DNA of 64,000 nt from a virus (Duplodnaviria; Caudoviricetes), in IMG/VR virus record IMGVR_UViG_3300018481_000023, positions 485 to 64,484 of that record. One strand, given 5' to 3'. Positions 1 through 8,955 of this stretch are shown here, piece by piece; position 1 is the stretch's first letter; the number at the start of each line of letters is the position of its first letter. The notes under the pieces were generated by a model, which was not told where the DNA came from, ran no database searches, and saw only the letters and a program-made list of their open reading frames with translations. Position numbers and translations under genes: made by a program.

Positions 1-145
1 CCTCTCTAAGGGCCTTCCGCTCCTTCGCGCCCCGATCGCGCATTATCTCGTCAGCATCAAATGGCGTTCCCCCAAACGCCAGATCGTCGTCTTCGAGTCC
101 CTCGAAGGGATCCTCCCTACCTTTACCCCGTCTAAACCAACCCAT
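1..145 (-). CDS. hypothetical protein, partial (runs off window edge)
   Basis: ATG at 145 just after the stop of the upstream ORF; open frame MGWFRRGKGREDPFEGLEDDD... continues to position 1. Confidence 0.5.
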   Translation of the reverse strand, partial: MGWFRRGKGREDPFEGLEDDDLAFGGTPFDADEIMRDRGAKERKALRE

Positions 146-147
146 CA

Positions 148-315
148 CTATTCCCCTTTCTTCAGGTTCTCTGACACCATGTGAACGATACCCATTGCCT
201 CCAACGGATGTAGCTTCCTGTTGAAGACCATCAGGATGGCGTTATTCGTCCCTTCAGGACTAGTATCTTCCTCCCGACGTTCGTAGCACACCAATGCCAA
301 TTTCCTCTTACTCAT
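148..315 (-). CDS. hypothetical protein (MSKRKLALV...)
   Basis: 3' part of ORF 148..414; ATG at 315 lies directly after the stop of 317..640 with GGAGG upstream. Confidence 0.55.
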   Translation of the reverse strand: MSKRKLALVCYERREEDTSPEGTNNAILMVFNRKLHPLEAMGIVHMVSENLKKGE

Positions 316-316
316 G

Positions 317-640
317 TTATGCCCTCCTCCGCTGCTTGAACATTGTGACATTACCGTAGGAGTGTGTGCTCCGGTATTGCTGGGCATCCAGCGTGGGCAT
401 TGCCACCAGATCATAATCGAGCGCCTGCATGAGAGCCCGAATGGAATCCATCCTGGGAAAGCGGGTCTCTTTGTACAGCCACTTGGAAATGGTATGTGGC
501 GTAGGACCCCCGCGTGCGTGGACCTCCTTCATTGTGAGGCCGGAATTGATGAATAGGGCAACGCAGTCATCTCGTAGATCCTCCAACGACGTGATCGGAT
601 CTCGTGCCCAAGCCTTCTTCCTCTCCTTACGTCCAAACAT
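317..640 (-). CDS. XRE/Cro-like helix-turn-helix protein
   Basis: SGLTMKEVHARGGPTPHTISKWLYKETRFPRMDSIRALMQAL fits the HTH_XRE pattern; GAGGGAG RBS. Confidence 0.7.
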   Translation of the reverse strand: MFGRKERKKAWARDPITSLEDLRDDCVALFINSGLTMKEVHARGGPTPHTISKWLYKETRFPRMDSIRALMQALDYDLVAMPTLDAQQYRSTHSYGNVTMFKQRRRA

Positions 641-843
641 TACATACTCCCTCGGTCAATTGCTTCCTGTAACAGGATAGCCCCTGCATGTTGCATACAA
701 TACACCCTTCCGTCCAACAAAATGCGCCCATACCTTCGGCACGATACGCGCTTCTCGACATAGGAGACATCATGCGTACAACACCGTGCGTCACTGTTAG
801 GTAGGAGTTCTACTTTGGTGACCGGCTTATTCCCCAGGATCAT
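640..843 (-). CDS. small Cys/His-rich hypothetical protein
   Basis: 67 aa, CC...C...YCMQH; coupled to neighbours by overlaps. Confidence 0.6.
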   Translation of the reverse strand: MILGNKPVTKVELLPNSDARCCTHDVSYVEKRVSCRRYGRILLDGRVYCMQHAGAILLQEAIDRGSM

Positions 844-1075
844 TGTTGTACTCCTGAACTGACTCTAGCTGCCTCAGGCTCTCAACCGCAGTCCGACGAC
901 CGTTGATGACTATGCGGCAGCCTTCGTAGATCCCCCAAGTCGGATTGTAGTCCTCCCATTTGGAGAGGCACGACGGTCGCTCGATAAAGTAGATCCCTAG
1001 GGCGATCAGCACCCCAAAGAGGGCTGTAAAAGCCGCCGTGATGATTCCCAGAATTTTCCACGAGTCCGTATCCAC
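827..1075 (-). CDS. small membrane protein
   Basis: N-terminal hydrophobic helix ILGIITAAFTALFGVLIALGIYF; packed against neighbours. Confidence 0.6.
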   Translation of the reverse strand: MDTDSWKILGIITAAFTALFGVLIALGIYFIERPSCLSKWEDYNPTWGIYEGCRIVINGRRTAVESLRQLESVQEYNNDPGE

Positions 1076-1077
1076 CC

Positions 1078-1503
1078 TTATCTCCCCTCGACATAGTTCT
1101 CGTCATCAAGCTCCTCGTTCCCGGTATCATCCGGTGTGAGTACCTTGAGTTCCCGACGTTTCTGATTTGTAGCCTTCCGCTCCCTCCGATGCGAGGTGCG
1201 CGACGCTGCCAACTGCTCAAGCATGGCGTGTTGGTCCATTAGCTCCAGGTTATCGTCGGATATCTCCAATACCTCAACTACCAAAGGGGGCACATCTTCT
1301 CGTGCCGCTCTCTTTGGAGGGTTGGACATAACATTGCGCACCTGTTGATACCGAACCCCTAAATAGGGAGCGATCTCTCGAGCCAAGTACCCGATGGCTG
1401 TCAACCACCGGATCTTGGTTGAAACTATCTTCATCTCGGGCATCTTTATACGCCCTATAGGAGGTAATCCCCTCTTGTCTACTTGTACCCCCTCATCGTC
1501 CAT
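1078..1503 (-). CDS. HTH-like DNA-binding protein with acidic tail
   Basis: Start reassigned to ATG 1503 (AGAGAGG RBS, downstream of promoter 1537-1565); STKIRWLTAIGYLAREIAPYLGVRYQQVRNVM helix-turn-helix. Confidence 0.65.
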   Translation of the reverse strand: MDDEGVQVDKRGLPPIGRIKMPEMKIVSTKIRWLTAIGYLAREIAPYLGVRYQQVRNVMSNPPKRAAREDVPPLVVEVLEISDDNLELMDQHAMLEQLAASRTSHRRERKATNQKRRELKVLTPDDTGNEELDDENYVEGR

Positions 1504-1536
1504 TCCAGTTCCTCTCTTTCTGGCGCCTACCCATCT

Positions 1537-1565
1537 ATTATATAGAATTCTTGAGGTCAAATCAA
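1537..1565 (-). promoter_or_regulatory. sigma70-like promoter
   Basis: TTGATT-17nt-TATAAT on minus strand. Confidence 0.75.
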
Positions 1566-1723
1566 GAGTCCTCAAGGGGAGGAGCAACAAATAATTTTGG
1601 GAGTCTGTGGCTCTAGTCTTTTGCCCTGGCACCAGGCCCCACCCAGCAGCTGCACCGAGCCCCAGAGCCCGATCGGCGGTGTGCAAAGAAAGTAGGCCCC
1701 GTACGGATACGGAGCCCACCATT

Positions 1724-1927
1724 CTAGGCAACGTAGTAATGGAACTTCCGCCTGCCAGTAGTTTGCTCGCGGGGAGCCTGAGTCACGCGTAGGACTCCTG
1801 CGTCGTGTAGGGCCCACAAGAACTGCTTAGCTCCTGCACGTGTTATGCCAAGTTCATGAGCAATTTCGTCACCGGTAAGCCCTGGTTTCGAGCGGAGTAA
1901 CGCCATGATCTCTCGGGGCGCGGCCAT
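1724..1927 (-). CDS. winged-helix DNA-binding protein
   Basis: IMALLRSKPGLTGDEIAHELGITRAGAKQFLWALHDAGVL...GRRKFHYY typical wHTH. Confidence 0.7.
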   Translation of the reverse strand: MAAPREIMALLRSKPGLTGDEIAHELGITRAGAKQFLWALHDAGVLRVTQAPREQTTGRRKFHYYVA

Positions 1928-2259
1928 TACTGCATACCGGCGCAGACCGTGAGAACCTTGCGATTGAAGATTCCCAAGGACTCGTAGTATGCATCGTACA
2001 CTGGAGTATCTTCCATCTCCTCCGCAGCGACATACTTGATCGTCAGGCGAAAGCCGTAGTCGTCGGTCTTCTCACGGATCTGGCGCTCGAAGCCCATTTC
2101 CCTGAGCCTCACAAGAGCCCACGCATCAGCGCATTCGGCGTACATGCCATACGCTGCCCCAATGTTATCTTCGCGCAGGGCGCCCATGAAGAAGTCATTC
2201 AGGATCGCTGCCGCTTTGGCGGTAGGCGTCTCGGAGGTAGGCTGATAGTCTCTGTTCAT
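1927..2259 (-). CDS. hypothetical protein
   Basis: 110 aa ORF, AAGGA RBS, first gene after promoter 2305-2350. Confidence 0.65.
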   Translation of the reverse strand: MNRDYQPTSETPTAKAAAILNDFFMGALREDNIGAAYGMYAECADAWALVRLREMGFERQIREKTDDYGFRLTIKYVAAEEMEDTPVYDAYYESLGIFNRKVLTVCAGMQ

Positions 2260-2304
2260 TGCGTTATCCTTACCAATGCATAGAGCCTCTCTCTATGCTC
2301 CTTA

Positions 2305-2350
2305 AGTATAGCGCATCCACTTTCGGAAATCTAGTGCCAAAATATGGGTC
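2305..2350 (-). promoter_or_regulatory. sigma70-like promoter with upstream GACC box
   Basis: GACC...TAGATT-17nt-TATACT. Confidence 0.7.
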
Positions 2351-2617
2351 CTAAAGACCGATGCGCTGGACTACGCCTTCCTCGGCTGCCTCATCAATAA
2401 CCGTGTTGATACAGCCCATAATCAGGGCATCGAAATTGTCTCCGTGAGGAACAGCAAAGTTCTGGATCCCCATCTGACGTGACAGCTCAAGGTATATAGA
2501 CCACTGCGATGATCCGCCCCCAGAGCGTGACGTTGCCCAAAGGGCCGCCAATACCTTATGCGCCCTCTCTTCGGTCAGCATAAGCACAACGACCGGATGC
2601 TTCTGTTCAATTGTCAT
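2351..2617 (-). CDS. hypothetical protein (MTIEQKHPVV...)
   Basis: ATG 2617 overlaps the stop of 2614..2892 (ATGA); AGAGG RBS. Confidence 0.6.
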   Translation of the reverse strand: MTIEQKHPVVVLMLTEERAHKVLAALWATSRSGGGSSQWSIYLELSRQMGIQNFAVPHGDNFDALIMGCINTVIDEAAEEGVVQRIGL

Positions 2618-2892
2618 AGTTCTGCCTCTTCCCAACCATTCTCTGCCGTCCACTTTAATCCGGGGAGCTGGCTTTCTCGCCCGGCCGTTAAAATCTCGTC
2701 CAGTGCCTTTAGATGTTTGCACCGTTTGAACGCTGGACATCCGCATGATCCACGGTTACCAGGACCTCCAAAGGGAAAGACCTGATATGTGACCGAGGGA
2801 ACATCGGCGAACTCTTCCCATTTATGACACTCGTAGATGCTCCTAGTCAACTGTTTGAACGTGTAGTAGTAGTCTAGGTGTGCCTTGACCAT
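2614..2892 (-). CDS. SWIM-type zinc-finger protein
   Basis: TYQV...SCGCPAFKRCKHLKAL = CxC...CxH SWIM signature. Confidence 0.7.
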   Translation of the reverse strand: MVKAHLDYYYTFKQLTRSIYECHKWEEFADVPSVTYQVFPFGGPGNRGSCGCPAFKRCKHLKALDEILTAGRESQLPGLKWTAENGWEEAEL

Positions 2893-2893
2893 G

Positions 2894-3316
2894 TCAATGG
2901 ACCTTCTTCCATACCCGGCAGACGCCGTCCTCGGGGATGTTGAAGGCCATGATCAGCTTACGGATATTGCGAGGTACATCTGGCCCATTCGGAAAGAGGA
3001 GCATCGCAACATCCCCATCTTCCGGTTCGTCCCCTTCCTCCCACTGTTTTTGCCCACCAATGGTAGCGGAGACAATCCCGTTACGGAGGATTTCGATATC
3101 GAACCGGAAGCCCGCATCAAGAATGGCTTGAGCCTTCTCGGCCAGATCGTCACCGTAACAAGGGAAGTCCATATCGACCTGACGGCCATTGGGGAGTTTA
3201 TATTCCGTGAACGGAATGAGGTATTGGCGCATATGACCAATTTTAATGGTCACAACGTGTCGGCGATCGGATAGTTCGTTCAGGGTCAGTTCGGATCTCA
3301 ATTCGGTCATGTTCAT
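2894..3316 (-). CDS. hypothetical protein
   Basis: ATG 3316 (or 3310) after GAGAGGAG RBS, downstream of promoter 3339-3384. Confidence 0.65.
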   Translation of the reverse strand: MNMTELRSELTLNELSDRRHVVTIKIGHMRQYLIPFTEYKLPNGRQVDMDFPCYGDDLAEKAQAILDAGFRFDIEILRNGIVSATIGGQKQWEEGDEPEDGDVAMLLFPNGPDVPRNIRKLIMAFNIPEDGVCRVWKKVH

Positions 3317-3338
3317 GCTCCTCTCTTCGCAATACCCC

Positions 3339-3384
3339 ATTATACCACACAAAGATGGGCAAATCTAGTGCCAAAATGATGGTC
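3339..3384 (-). promoter_or_regulatory. sigma70-like promoter with GACC box (leftward of a divergent pair)
   Basis: GACC...TAGATT-17nt-TATAAT; shares ATTTTGGCACTAGATTT with the promoters at 2305-2350 and 29523-29569. Confidence 0.78.
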
Positions 3385-3436
3385 CACTAAACACACACCT
3401 ACACCTCGCTGCCCTATGTCTCAGTCAAATATAATA

Positions 3437-3482
3437 GACCCAAAGATTCCCTCTTGCTATCCCCACAAGACTTCTATATAAT
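3437..3482 (+). promoter_or_regulatory. sigma70-like promoter with GACC box (rightward of a divergent pair)
   Basis: GACCCAAAGATTCCCTC-TTGCTA-17nt-TATAAT. Confidence 0.8.
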
Positions 3483-3514
3483 AGTGGGATAGCGTCAACA
3501 CAAGAGGGACAGCG

Positions 3515-3805
3515 ATGCCAACACCCTGGGAATTAGTCGATCAAGGCGCCACGATGGAAGACATGTGGAAGGGGTTTGCTATGATCTCCATCCCCATTCT
3601 AAAGGCCGGCGACATTCAGTACGACGAGATGAAGAAGGCGTTCTACTCAGGCGCGCTGTGTCTCTTCAACTGGATCATGGTGCAAATGGATCCCCAAGCA
3701 GAAGTCACCGCAGGAGACATCAACAAGGTCACCGTGATCGACGCTGAGATCCGGGCTTTCTTCGACTCTCTCCCTCAACAACCTGAATTCGACAGGACAC
3801 ACTGA
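3515..3805 (+). CDS. hypothetical protein
   Basis: 96 aa, GAGGG RBS, first gene after promoter. Confidence 0.7.
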   Translation: MPTPWELVDQGATMEDMWKGFAMISIPILKAGDIQYDEMKKAFYSGALCLFNWIMVQMDPQAEVTAGDINKVTVIDAEIRAFFDSLPQQPEFDRTH

Positions 3806-4272
3806 TGGTACGACAGACCTCTGAGCCCGATGGCCGGGAAGAAGAAATGCGGGAAGACCAGGATGATGTAGCCCTAGAAAACCTTCTGCGGTCTACTCTG
3901 TTCACACCGGAGGGGCTGCGCAATGGGCTAGCAGGCATTCTAGAGAGGGGTCACAGGTTTGTCGGCTCTCCTAGCATCCCCACTTTGGACGAAGACGCAT
4001 TCAACCGAGCAAAGAAGATGGCTACTGCCATGGTGGACGCCCTCTTGGCCAACGACGATAAGTACAGTTCACAAACAGTGTTCCAGGCAATCTCGTCCGT
4101 GATCGCTGCAGTATGCTTCGCGTCACTAGACCCCAGGCAGTTAAAGGTGTTCGCTGGTCAACTTCAGGGTACCGCGGAGGGGATGCTAATGATGGCTCTC
4201 GTCCAAACCGTACAGAAGACCATGGATACCCTCATGGACCCCAACCCAAAACCCAAACCCAGAGTCAACTAG
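3805..4272 (+). CDS. hypothetical protein
   Basis: 155 aa, TGATG coupling to upstream gene. Confidence 0.65.
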   Translation: MVRQTSEPDGREEEMREDQDDVALENLLRSTLFTPEGLRNGLAGILERGHRFVGSPSIPTLDEDAFNRAKKMATAMVDALLANDDKYSSQTVFQAISSVIAAVCFASLDPRQLKVFAGQLQGTAEGMLMMALVQTVQKTMDTLMDPNPKPKPRVN

Positions 4273-4289
4273 GATAAAAGGAACATAGC

Positions 4290-4676
4290 ATGGCCAGTAA
4301 GAACCTAACCAACGTCCAGAAGAAGATTCAACGGGCGATTGACAACGCCACCTCAACTACCCTTGCCTACTCAGCTCCCGAAGTTCCCCCTCTGGAGAAC
4401 CTCACTGTCCAGGGGATGGTGGAAGAACTCGGTTATATCAACGAGGCGCGCAAGGCCATCGAGAAGACGGAGAAGACCATCAAGGAGAGGCTCAAGAGCC
4501 GGCTCAATGGGCAAACGGAAGTGCGCTCCGACAACTTCCAGATGAAGCTGGAAAACCGTGGGCGTACGGCACTTGATCAGACCCGTGCGAAAGAGTACCT
4601 TGACTCTCAGGGCATTCTCCCCGAGTACATGGTCACCACTGAAGTTCCAACCATGACCATTAAGGCGCTCGGGTAA
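4290..4676 (+). CDS. hypothetical coiled-coil protein
   Basis: 128 aa, AAGGA RBS, helical LGYINEARKAIEKTEKTIKERLK segment. Confidence 0.7.
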   Translation: MASKNLTNVQKKIQRAIDNATSTTLAYSAPEVPPLENLTVQGMVEELGYINEARKAIEKTEKTIKERLKSRLNGQTEVRSDNFQMKLENRGRTALDQTRAKEYLDSQGILPEYMVTTEVPTMTIKALG

Positions 4677-4813
4677 TGAAGAGGAAGAACAAGATGAAGT
4701 ACGACGACTATAAAGACATGGAGGAGTACTACCCGACCTGCGCTCTCCTATGCGTGATCGGGGTTCTCGTAGTCATAGGAGCAATCGTGTACGAAGCATT
4801 CATAGGATTTTGA
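4676..4813 (+). pseudogene. possible frameshifted small membrane protein
   Basis: MKRKNKMKYDDYKDMEEYYPTCALLCVIG(F) continues as LVVIGAIVYEAFIGF* in the -1 frame, filling the gap between neighbours exactly. Confidence 0.35.
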
Positions 4814-4814
4814 C

Positions 4815-5153
4815 ATGGACAACAATCGGGACAAAGGAGCAACTCTTGGCGTTGGCGACGAGGACGACAACCTCTTTGTCCACGGCTCTGTTACGGCTAT
4901 TCAACGTGTCCAAGGGTATATCGCCAAGGCCGAGGCTCTTGACAGGTTCCTAGCCTGGCTCGAGAAGGATCAGGAGGTCCAGGACATCTTCTGGGACGCT
5001 ATTTCCAGCTCATTCGACGTCGACTGGAATGCCACTACTGGTGGGCGGGTCTGTAAAGAGGCCCTCCTCAAGGAGCTCCGTGAACTGCAGGTGATCCCCG
5101 ATGAAGAAGCCAAAGAAGACGACAACGTACCGAACATGTCCGGAGTGCGGTAG
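4815..5153 (+). CDS. hypothetical protein
   Basis: 112 aa ORF, AGGA RBS. Confidence 0.65.
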   Translation: MDNNRDKGATLGVGDEDDNLFVHGSVTAIQRVQGYIAKAEALDRFLAWLEKDQEVQDIFWDAISSSFDVDWNATTGGRVCKEALLKELRELQVIPDEEAKEDDNVPNMSGVR

Positions 5154-5155
5154 CC

Positions 5156-5512
5156 GTGGAACCAAAATCTGGAACCTCAACACCGGCAAGTACAGATGCC
5201 AAGCCTGCGGACATACTTACGCTTTCGGAGTCCCCGCAGCCATTGCGTTCCTGCGCTGACACACTAGCCGGACTCACGTGTGACGTCTGTCAACGCAAGC
5301 CAGTCATTGGGGTTGCTTCGAGCAGTCTAGGCCCTATCTCCCTAGCGTACTGTCGAGAATGTGCCAACAAGCCTGCTGAGCCGCTGTGGCTATTCGAGTT
5401 CACCTATGAACAGTGCGGTACCGAAGTACGGGAGGACATCAAGTCCATGTTCGCATGGATGGGTGATGAGTACATTTCGTGGGACGAGTTCGTCAAGACC
5501 AAAACAGAATAA
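5156..5512 (+). CDS. CxxC-containing hypothetical protein
   Basis: CDVC...YCREC zinc-binding pairs; GGAG RBS before GTG. Confidence 0.6.
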   Translation: MEPKSGTSTPASTDAKPADILTLSESPQPLRSCADTLAGLTCDVCQRKPVIGVASSSLGPISLAYCRECANKPAEPLWLFEFTYEQCGTEVREDIKSMFAWMGDEYISWDEFVKTKTE

Positions 5513-5515
5513 GGC

Positions 5516-5561
5516 GACCAAAAGATTCCCTATTGATTGCCCATCAACTATTCTATATAAT
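5516..5561 (+). promoter_or_regulatory. sigma70-like promoter with GACC box
   Basis: GACCAAAAGATTCCCTA-TTGATT-17nt-TATAAT. Confidence 0.8.
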
Positions 5562-5595
5562 GGACACAGATATGACAGAGAGCGAGGACGTTATA

Positions 5596-5949
5596 ATGCA
5601 AGCCTCTTCCAATGCCGCATCCGTCGACGAAATCGACGACGGCGTTTACAGGGAGCTCCAGTTGCTGCGGGAACGGATCCTGCACTCGCTCGAAATCTTT
5701 CCCTTCCTCTCCAGCTCAATGATTCATATGAGCATCGGCACCTCTACTCCTAGAGGGCTGTGGAAACCTGTCCTAGAGCGCCTAGTCGAAGATGGCGTAG
5801 TCCTTGTGACTGAAATCTTCGCCACAACCCCAAACAACCGCACACAGACCTATACAATCTTCCATTTAGCATCGCGCACATACCAACCCGCCAACGAGCA
5901 AATCCGCATTAGAGCCCCGGCTAACAACCACAATTCTGACGACGAATAA
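5596..5949 (+). CDS. winged-helix-like protein
   Basis: Start 5596 (GAGG RBS) or 5572; ILHSLEIFPFLSSSMIHMSIG...WKPVLERLVEDGVV...YTIFHL wHTH-like pattern. Confidence 0.55.
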   Translation: MQASSNAASVDEIDDGVYRELQLLRERILHSLEIFPFLSSSMIHMSIGTSTPRGLWKPVLERLVEDGVVLVTEIFATTPNNRTQTYTIFHLASRTYQPANEQIRIRAPANNHNSDDE

Positions 5950-6000
5950 GCGCGGACGCAATAGACGCGTCAAGCGTCTAGCCTGGGGAATTGCTGACCT

Positions 6001-8412
6001 ATGTCTGTTGTGGACATTTACTCTGCTGAGGTTAAAGCCGATCTGGCCGGTTCGGGGGTAGAGCCAGGGCAAATGAGAGTACGACCCCTCGGACCCAACG
6101 AGAGGTACGCCACAAATACTCCAGCCCAAGTCGAAGGCTTCGTAATACCGTACTTCGACATGCGAGGCCGTCCATTACCATTCTATCGGGTCAAGCTTTA
6201 TAACGTAGAGCCTAAATACAAACAGCTCATCAACCAACCAAACCATATCTACTACCCACCTGGTTTCTTCGAGCTGGTCACAGACCCTAAGTGCCCATAT
6301 ATCATGCTGACCGAAGGCGAAAAGAAGGCTGCCTGTGCAGTCTCTCGTGGTATAGCCTGTGTGGGTGTAGGTGGGGTCGATTCGTGGCGCAACCGCACTA
6401 TATTCATTCCCAAAGGGTCAAATCTCGTCCAAGGGAACCGCAACTCCGTCGTCGCCAAACTGCCGTCGGGTACCGAGGCCGTCGAACGACTGGATTCCCT
6501 TGCAGTCGGTATGCAGGACCTCATTGAACTCTGTATCCACCGCAAGATCCCCCTAATCATCTGCTACGACGGAGATGAGAAGGGTCGCATCAAGCAAGAT
6601 GTCCAGTCTGCCGCTGCAGCTCTAGGGTTCGAACTTCGATTCCGTGGAATGAAGGCCGTTCAGGTTAAACAACTGATCCTGAAACCGAACCCCTCTTTCA
6701 CAGGGGACAAGATCGGTCTAGACGACTTTCTTACCCACCCGAAGATGGGAATGGAAGCGTTCGAAACCCAAATGGGCGCCCTCCTAGCCAAACGAGCCGC
6801 TTTCCCGCGCCATCCCAACCCCAAGGCATTCATCAACAAGAGACTACAGCGGACGCGCATGCCCAGAAATGAACTGCATGCCCTGTCGATGTCGGTACTC
6901 TGCGACCTGGATTCCAATGGCGCCCGCCTTCGTTGTCCAGACGATGACCGCCTGTACTACTTCCACACCCCATCACACGAACTCATCCCGGTCGGCTTTA
7001 ACCTGCACAGAGGGTTCGCCAATACGGCCTTCGGTGTCCATCTCTATAGGGCCTACAATTTGGGTGGCGGCGATCACCGTCTTATGGAATGCCTAGAGAC
7101 GATGTTCACTGGCGAAGAACCAATTACCTCGGTAGATCCGGAGCGTGTGCTGACAGTCCGCAAGGATGACATCTATTACCAGATGTCCGGCGGTAGGATG
7201 TTACGCATCAATAGACATGGCGTCACCGTTCTCGATAATGGTACGGAGGACATCCTTTTTGAGGCGGGTACAGTAGAAGACCTCGACGAGAGCGTGCTCA
7301 CCCAGAAAATCGACGCCCTAATGAAGCAACCAACTATCCAGCCATATTGGTACGAGACCCTTAAAGAGTCCCGTGTCACCGCGGACAATGAGAACGACTA
7401 CGAAAGGAAGGCATTAGCATTACTCTACTCGATCAGTCCTTGGTTCTACAGGTGGCGGGGAACGCAGTTGCCCATTGAGATGATGATTGCCGAGCCGGGA
7501 GCAGGTAAGTCTACTATGTTTACCCTGCGGCTCGATATCCTCACTGGCCAACCGCGTCTCCGTAATGCACCACGTGATCTGCGCGATTGGACTGCGTCCG
7601 TCGCGTCAACAGGAGGCCTCCATGTTACGGACAACGTGAACCTATCCAATTCACAACTGCGTCAGGAGTTATCCGATGAAATATGTCGAGTCATCACAGA
7701 ACCCAACCCCACAATCGAAGCCCGGAAACTGTACACCGATAACGAACTCATCCAGGTTCCTGTCAAGACAGTATTCGCTCTTACCGCTGTTCGACAGCCT
7801 TTCAACAATCCCGACATCTTGCAGCGGGCAATCATCACCTACCTTGACAAAGGAGACGACAAGGTTACCTACGAGGCAGACTGGGAAGCCAGGCAGCTAA
7901 GAAGGTTCGGAGGGCGTGAAGGGTGGGTCGCATACCACGCAGTTGTGGCTCACCGCGTTCTTAAACTCGTCCATGAAAAGTGGGACCCGAGTTTTCAGGC
8001 CAAGTTTCGTCTTATCAATGTGGAACAGCTTCTAGGGTTAGTAGCCGAAGTGTACGGTTGGGAATCCGACTGGATTGCGGAGCATCTGGAAAGTGTGCGC
8101 GACAAGAGCGTTGCCACGTCAGACTGGGCCCTCGAAGGTCTGGTCGCCTATGCCAATGAGCAACGGGGCCAGGGGGTCAATAATAACAAGCGGGCATACT
8201 TCTCTGCGGCGCAAGTTACGGACTGGGTGATGATGGAAGAGGACTTCAATAAGTGTCAGATCCTTATCGCGCCCCGTCAATTAGGGAAGTACATCGCTCA
8301 GCACAAGAATCTGGTGAGTCGCATCGCAGGTATATCACCTCTCCCAGAAACAGTGGGCAATCGGGTAGTCTATTATATTCACGATCCCCTGGCTCCCAGT
8401 GCCCAAAATTAG
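6001..8412 (+). CDS. DNA primase-helicase (TOPRIM/DUF3854-like plus P-loop ATPase)
   Basis: IMLTEGEKKA, GVGGVDSW, ICYDGD, KIGLDDFL TOPRIM motifs; AEPGAGKST Walker A, HVTDN Walker B, RKLYTDNE. Confidence 0.85.
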   Translation: MSVVDIYSAEVKADLAGSGVEPGQMRVRPLGPNERYATNTPAQVEGFVIPYFDMRGRPLPFYRVKLYNVEPKYKQLINQPNHIYYPPGFFELVTDPKCPYIMLTEGEKKAACAVSRGIACVGVGGVDSWRNRTIFIPKGSNLVQGNRNSVVAKLPSGTEAVERLDSLAVGMQDLIELCIHRKIPLIICYDGDEKGRIKQDVQSAAAALGFELRFRGMKAVQVKQLILKPNPSFTGDKIGLDDFLTHPKMGMEAFETQMGALLAKRAAFPRHPNPKAFINKRLQRTRMPRNELHALSMSVLCDLDSNGARLRCPDDDRLYYFHTPSHELIPVGFNLHRGFANTAFGVHLYRAYNLGGGDHRLMECLETMFTGEEPITSVDPERVLTVRKDDIYYQMSGGRMLRINRHGVTVLDNGTEDILFEAGTVEDLDESVLTQKIDALMKQPTIQPYWYETLKESRVTADNENDYERKALALLYSISPWFYRWRGTQLPIEMMIAEPGAGKSTMFTLRLDILTGQPRLRNAPRDLRDWTASVASTGGLHVTDNVNLSNSQLRQELSDEICRVITEPNPTIEARKLYTDNELIQVPVKTVFALTAVRQPFNNPDILQRAIITYLDKGDDKVTYEADWEARQLRRFGGREGWVAYHAVVAHRVLKLVHEKWDPSFQAKFRLINVEQLLGLVAEVYGWESDWIAEHLESVRDKSVATSDWALEGLVAYANEQRGQGVNNNKRAYFSAAQVTDWVMMEEDFNKCQILIAPRQLGKYIAQHKNLVSRIAGISPLPETVGNRVVYYIHDPLAPSAQN

Positions 8413-8445
8413 GGACCAAAATGCTACCCAAAGATTTTTATGGGT

Positions 8446-8491
8446 GACCATAAGATACCCTCTTGCTTTGACCACTGGAAACCCTTATAAT
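8446..8491 (+). promoter_or_regulatory. sigma70-like promoter with GACC box
   Basis: GACCATAAGATACCCTC-TTGCTT-17nt-TATAAT. Confidence 0.8.
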
Positions 8492-8571
8492 GAGAGAGTA
8501 AGCACACCAACCTCAGGAAGAGGTGGGCGTATTTGCAATCCCGCCCAGAAGGGCATCATAAGGAGGCCACA

Positions 8572-8883
8572 ATGGCGAAACAAGAACCAGCGGTCGAGGC
8601 TCCCGAAGAGCAGCCAGCCGCGGAAGCAGCTGATAAGCGCGCAATCGTCCTACCAAACGGCGAGCGTCGTGCCGACTACATCCGTCGGCGTTGGAAAGAG
8701 GGCGCGAGCCGCTCGGAGATTACTGCCGAGCTGAATACGAAGGAACTTTACAGCGGCAAGCCCGGTGGCAAGATTCCTTACCAGATTGTGTTCCAGGCTA
8801 CCAAGGGTCAACCTGGTGGTCCGGCGCCCAAGACCGAGGAACCGGCTTCTGAAGAGCAGCCGGCCGAGGAACCTGCCGAGTAA
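8572..8883 (+). CDS. small DNA-binding (HTH-like) protein with acidic E/P/A-rich ends
   Basis: AGGAGG RBS; RADYIRRRWKEGASRSEITAEL...IPYQIVFQAT resembles the HTH of 1078..1503. Confidence 0.65.
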   Translation: MAKQEPAVEAPEEQPAAEAADKRAIVLPNGERRADYIRRRWKEGASRSEITAELNTKELYSGKPGGKIPYQIVFQATKGQPGGPAPKTEEPASEEQPAEEPAE

Positions 8884-8896
8884 TCGGTAACCGTTG

Positions 8897-8926
8897 ATCC
8901 TGGTGGGGGGCAACCCTCACTGGGAT
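8897..8926 (+). terminator. stem-loop after 8572..8883
   Basis: ATCCTGGTGGGG/CCCTCACTGGGAT imperfect inverted repeat; weak U tail. Confidence 0.4.
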
Positions 8927-8955
8927 TGACACCACATCCTGAAAAGGGGGGGAAT

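Noticed and set aside
1504-1731. N-terminal extension of ORF 1078..1731 (similarly 5479, 23989, 29568, 49541 starts)
   Set aside because: The extensions run through promoters or upstream genes; downstream starts have proper RBSs
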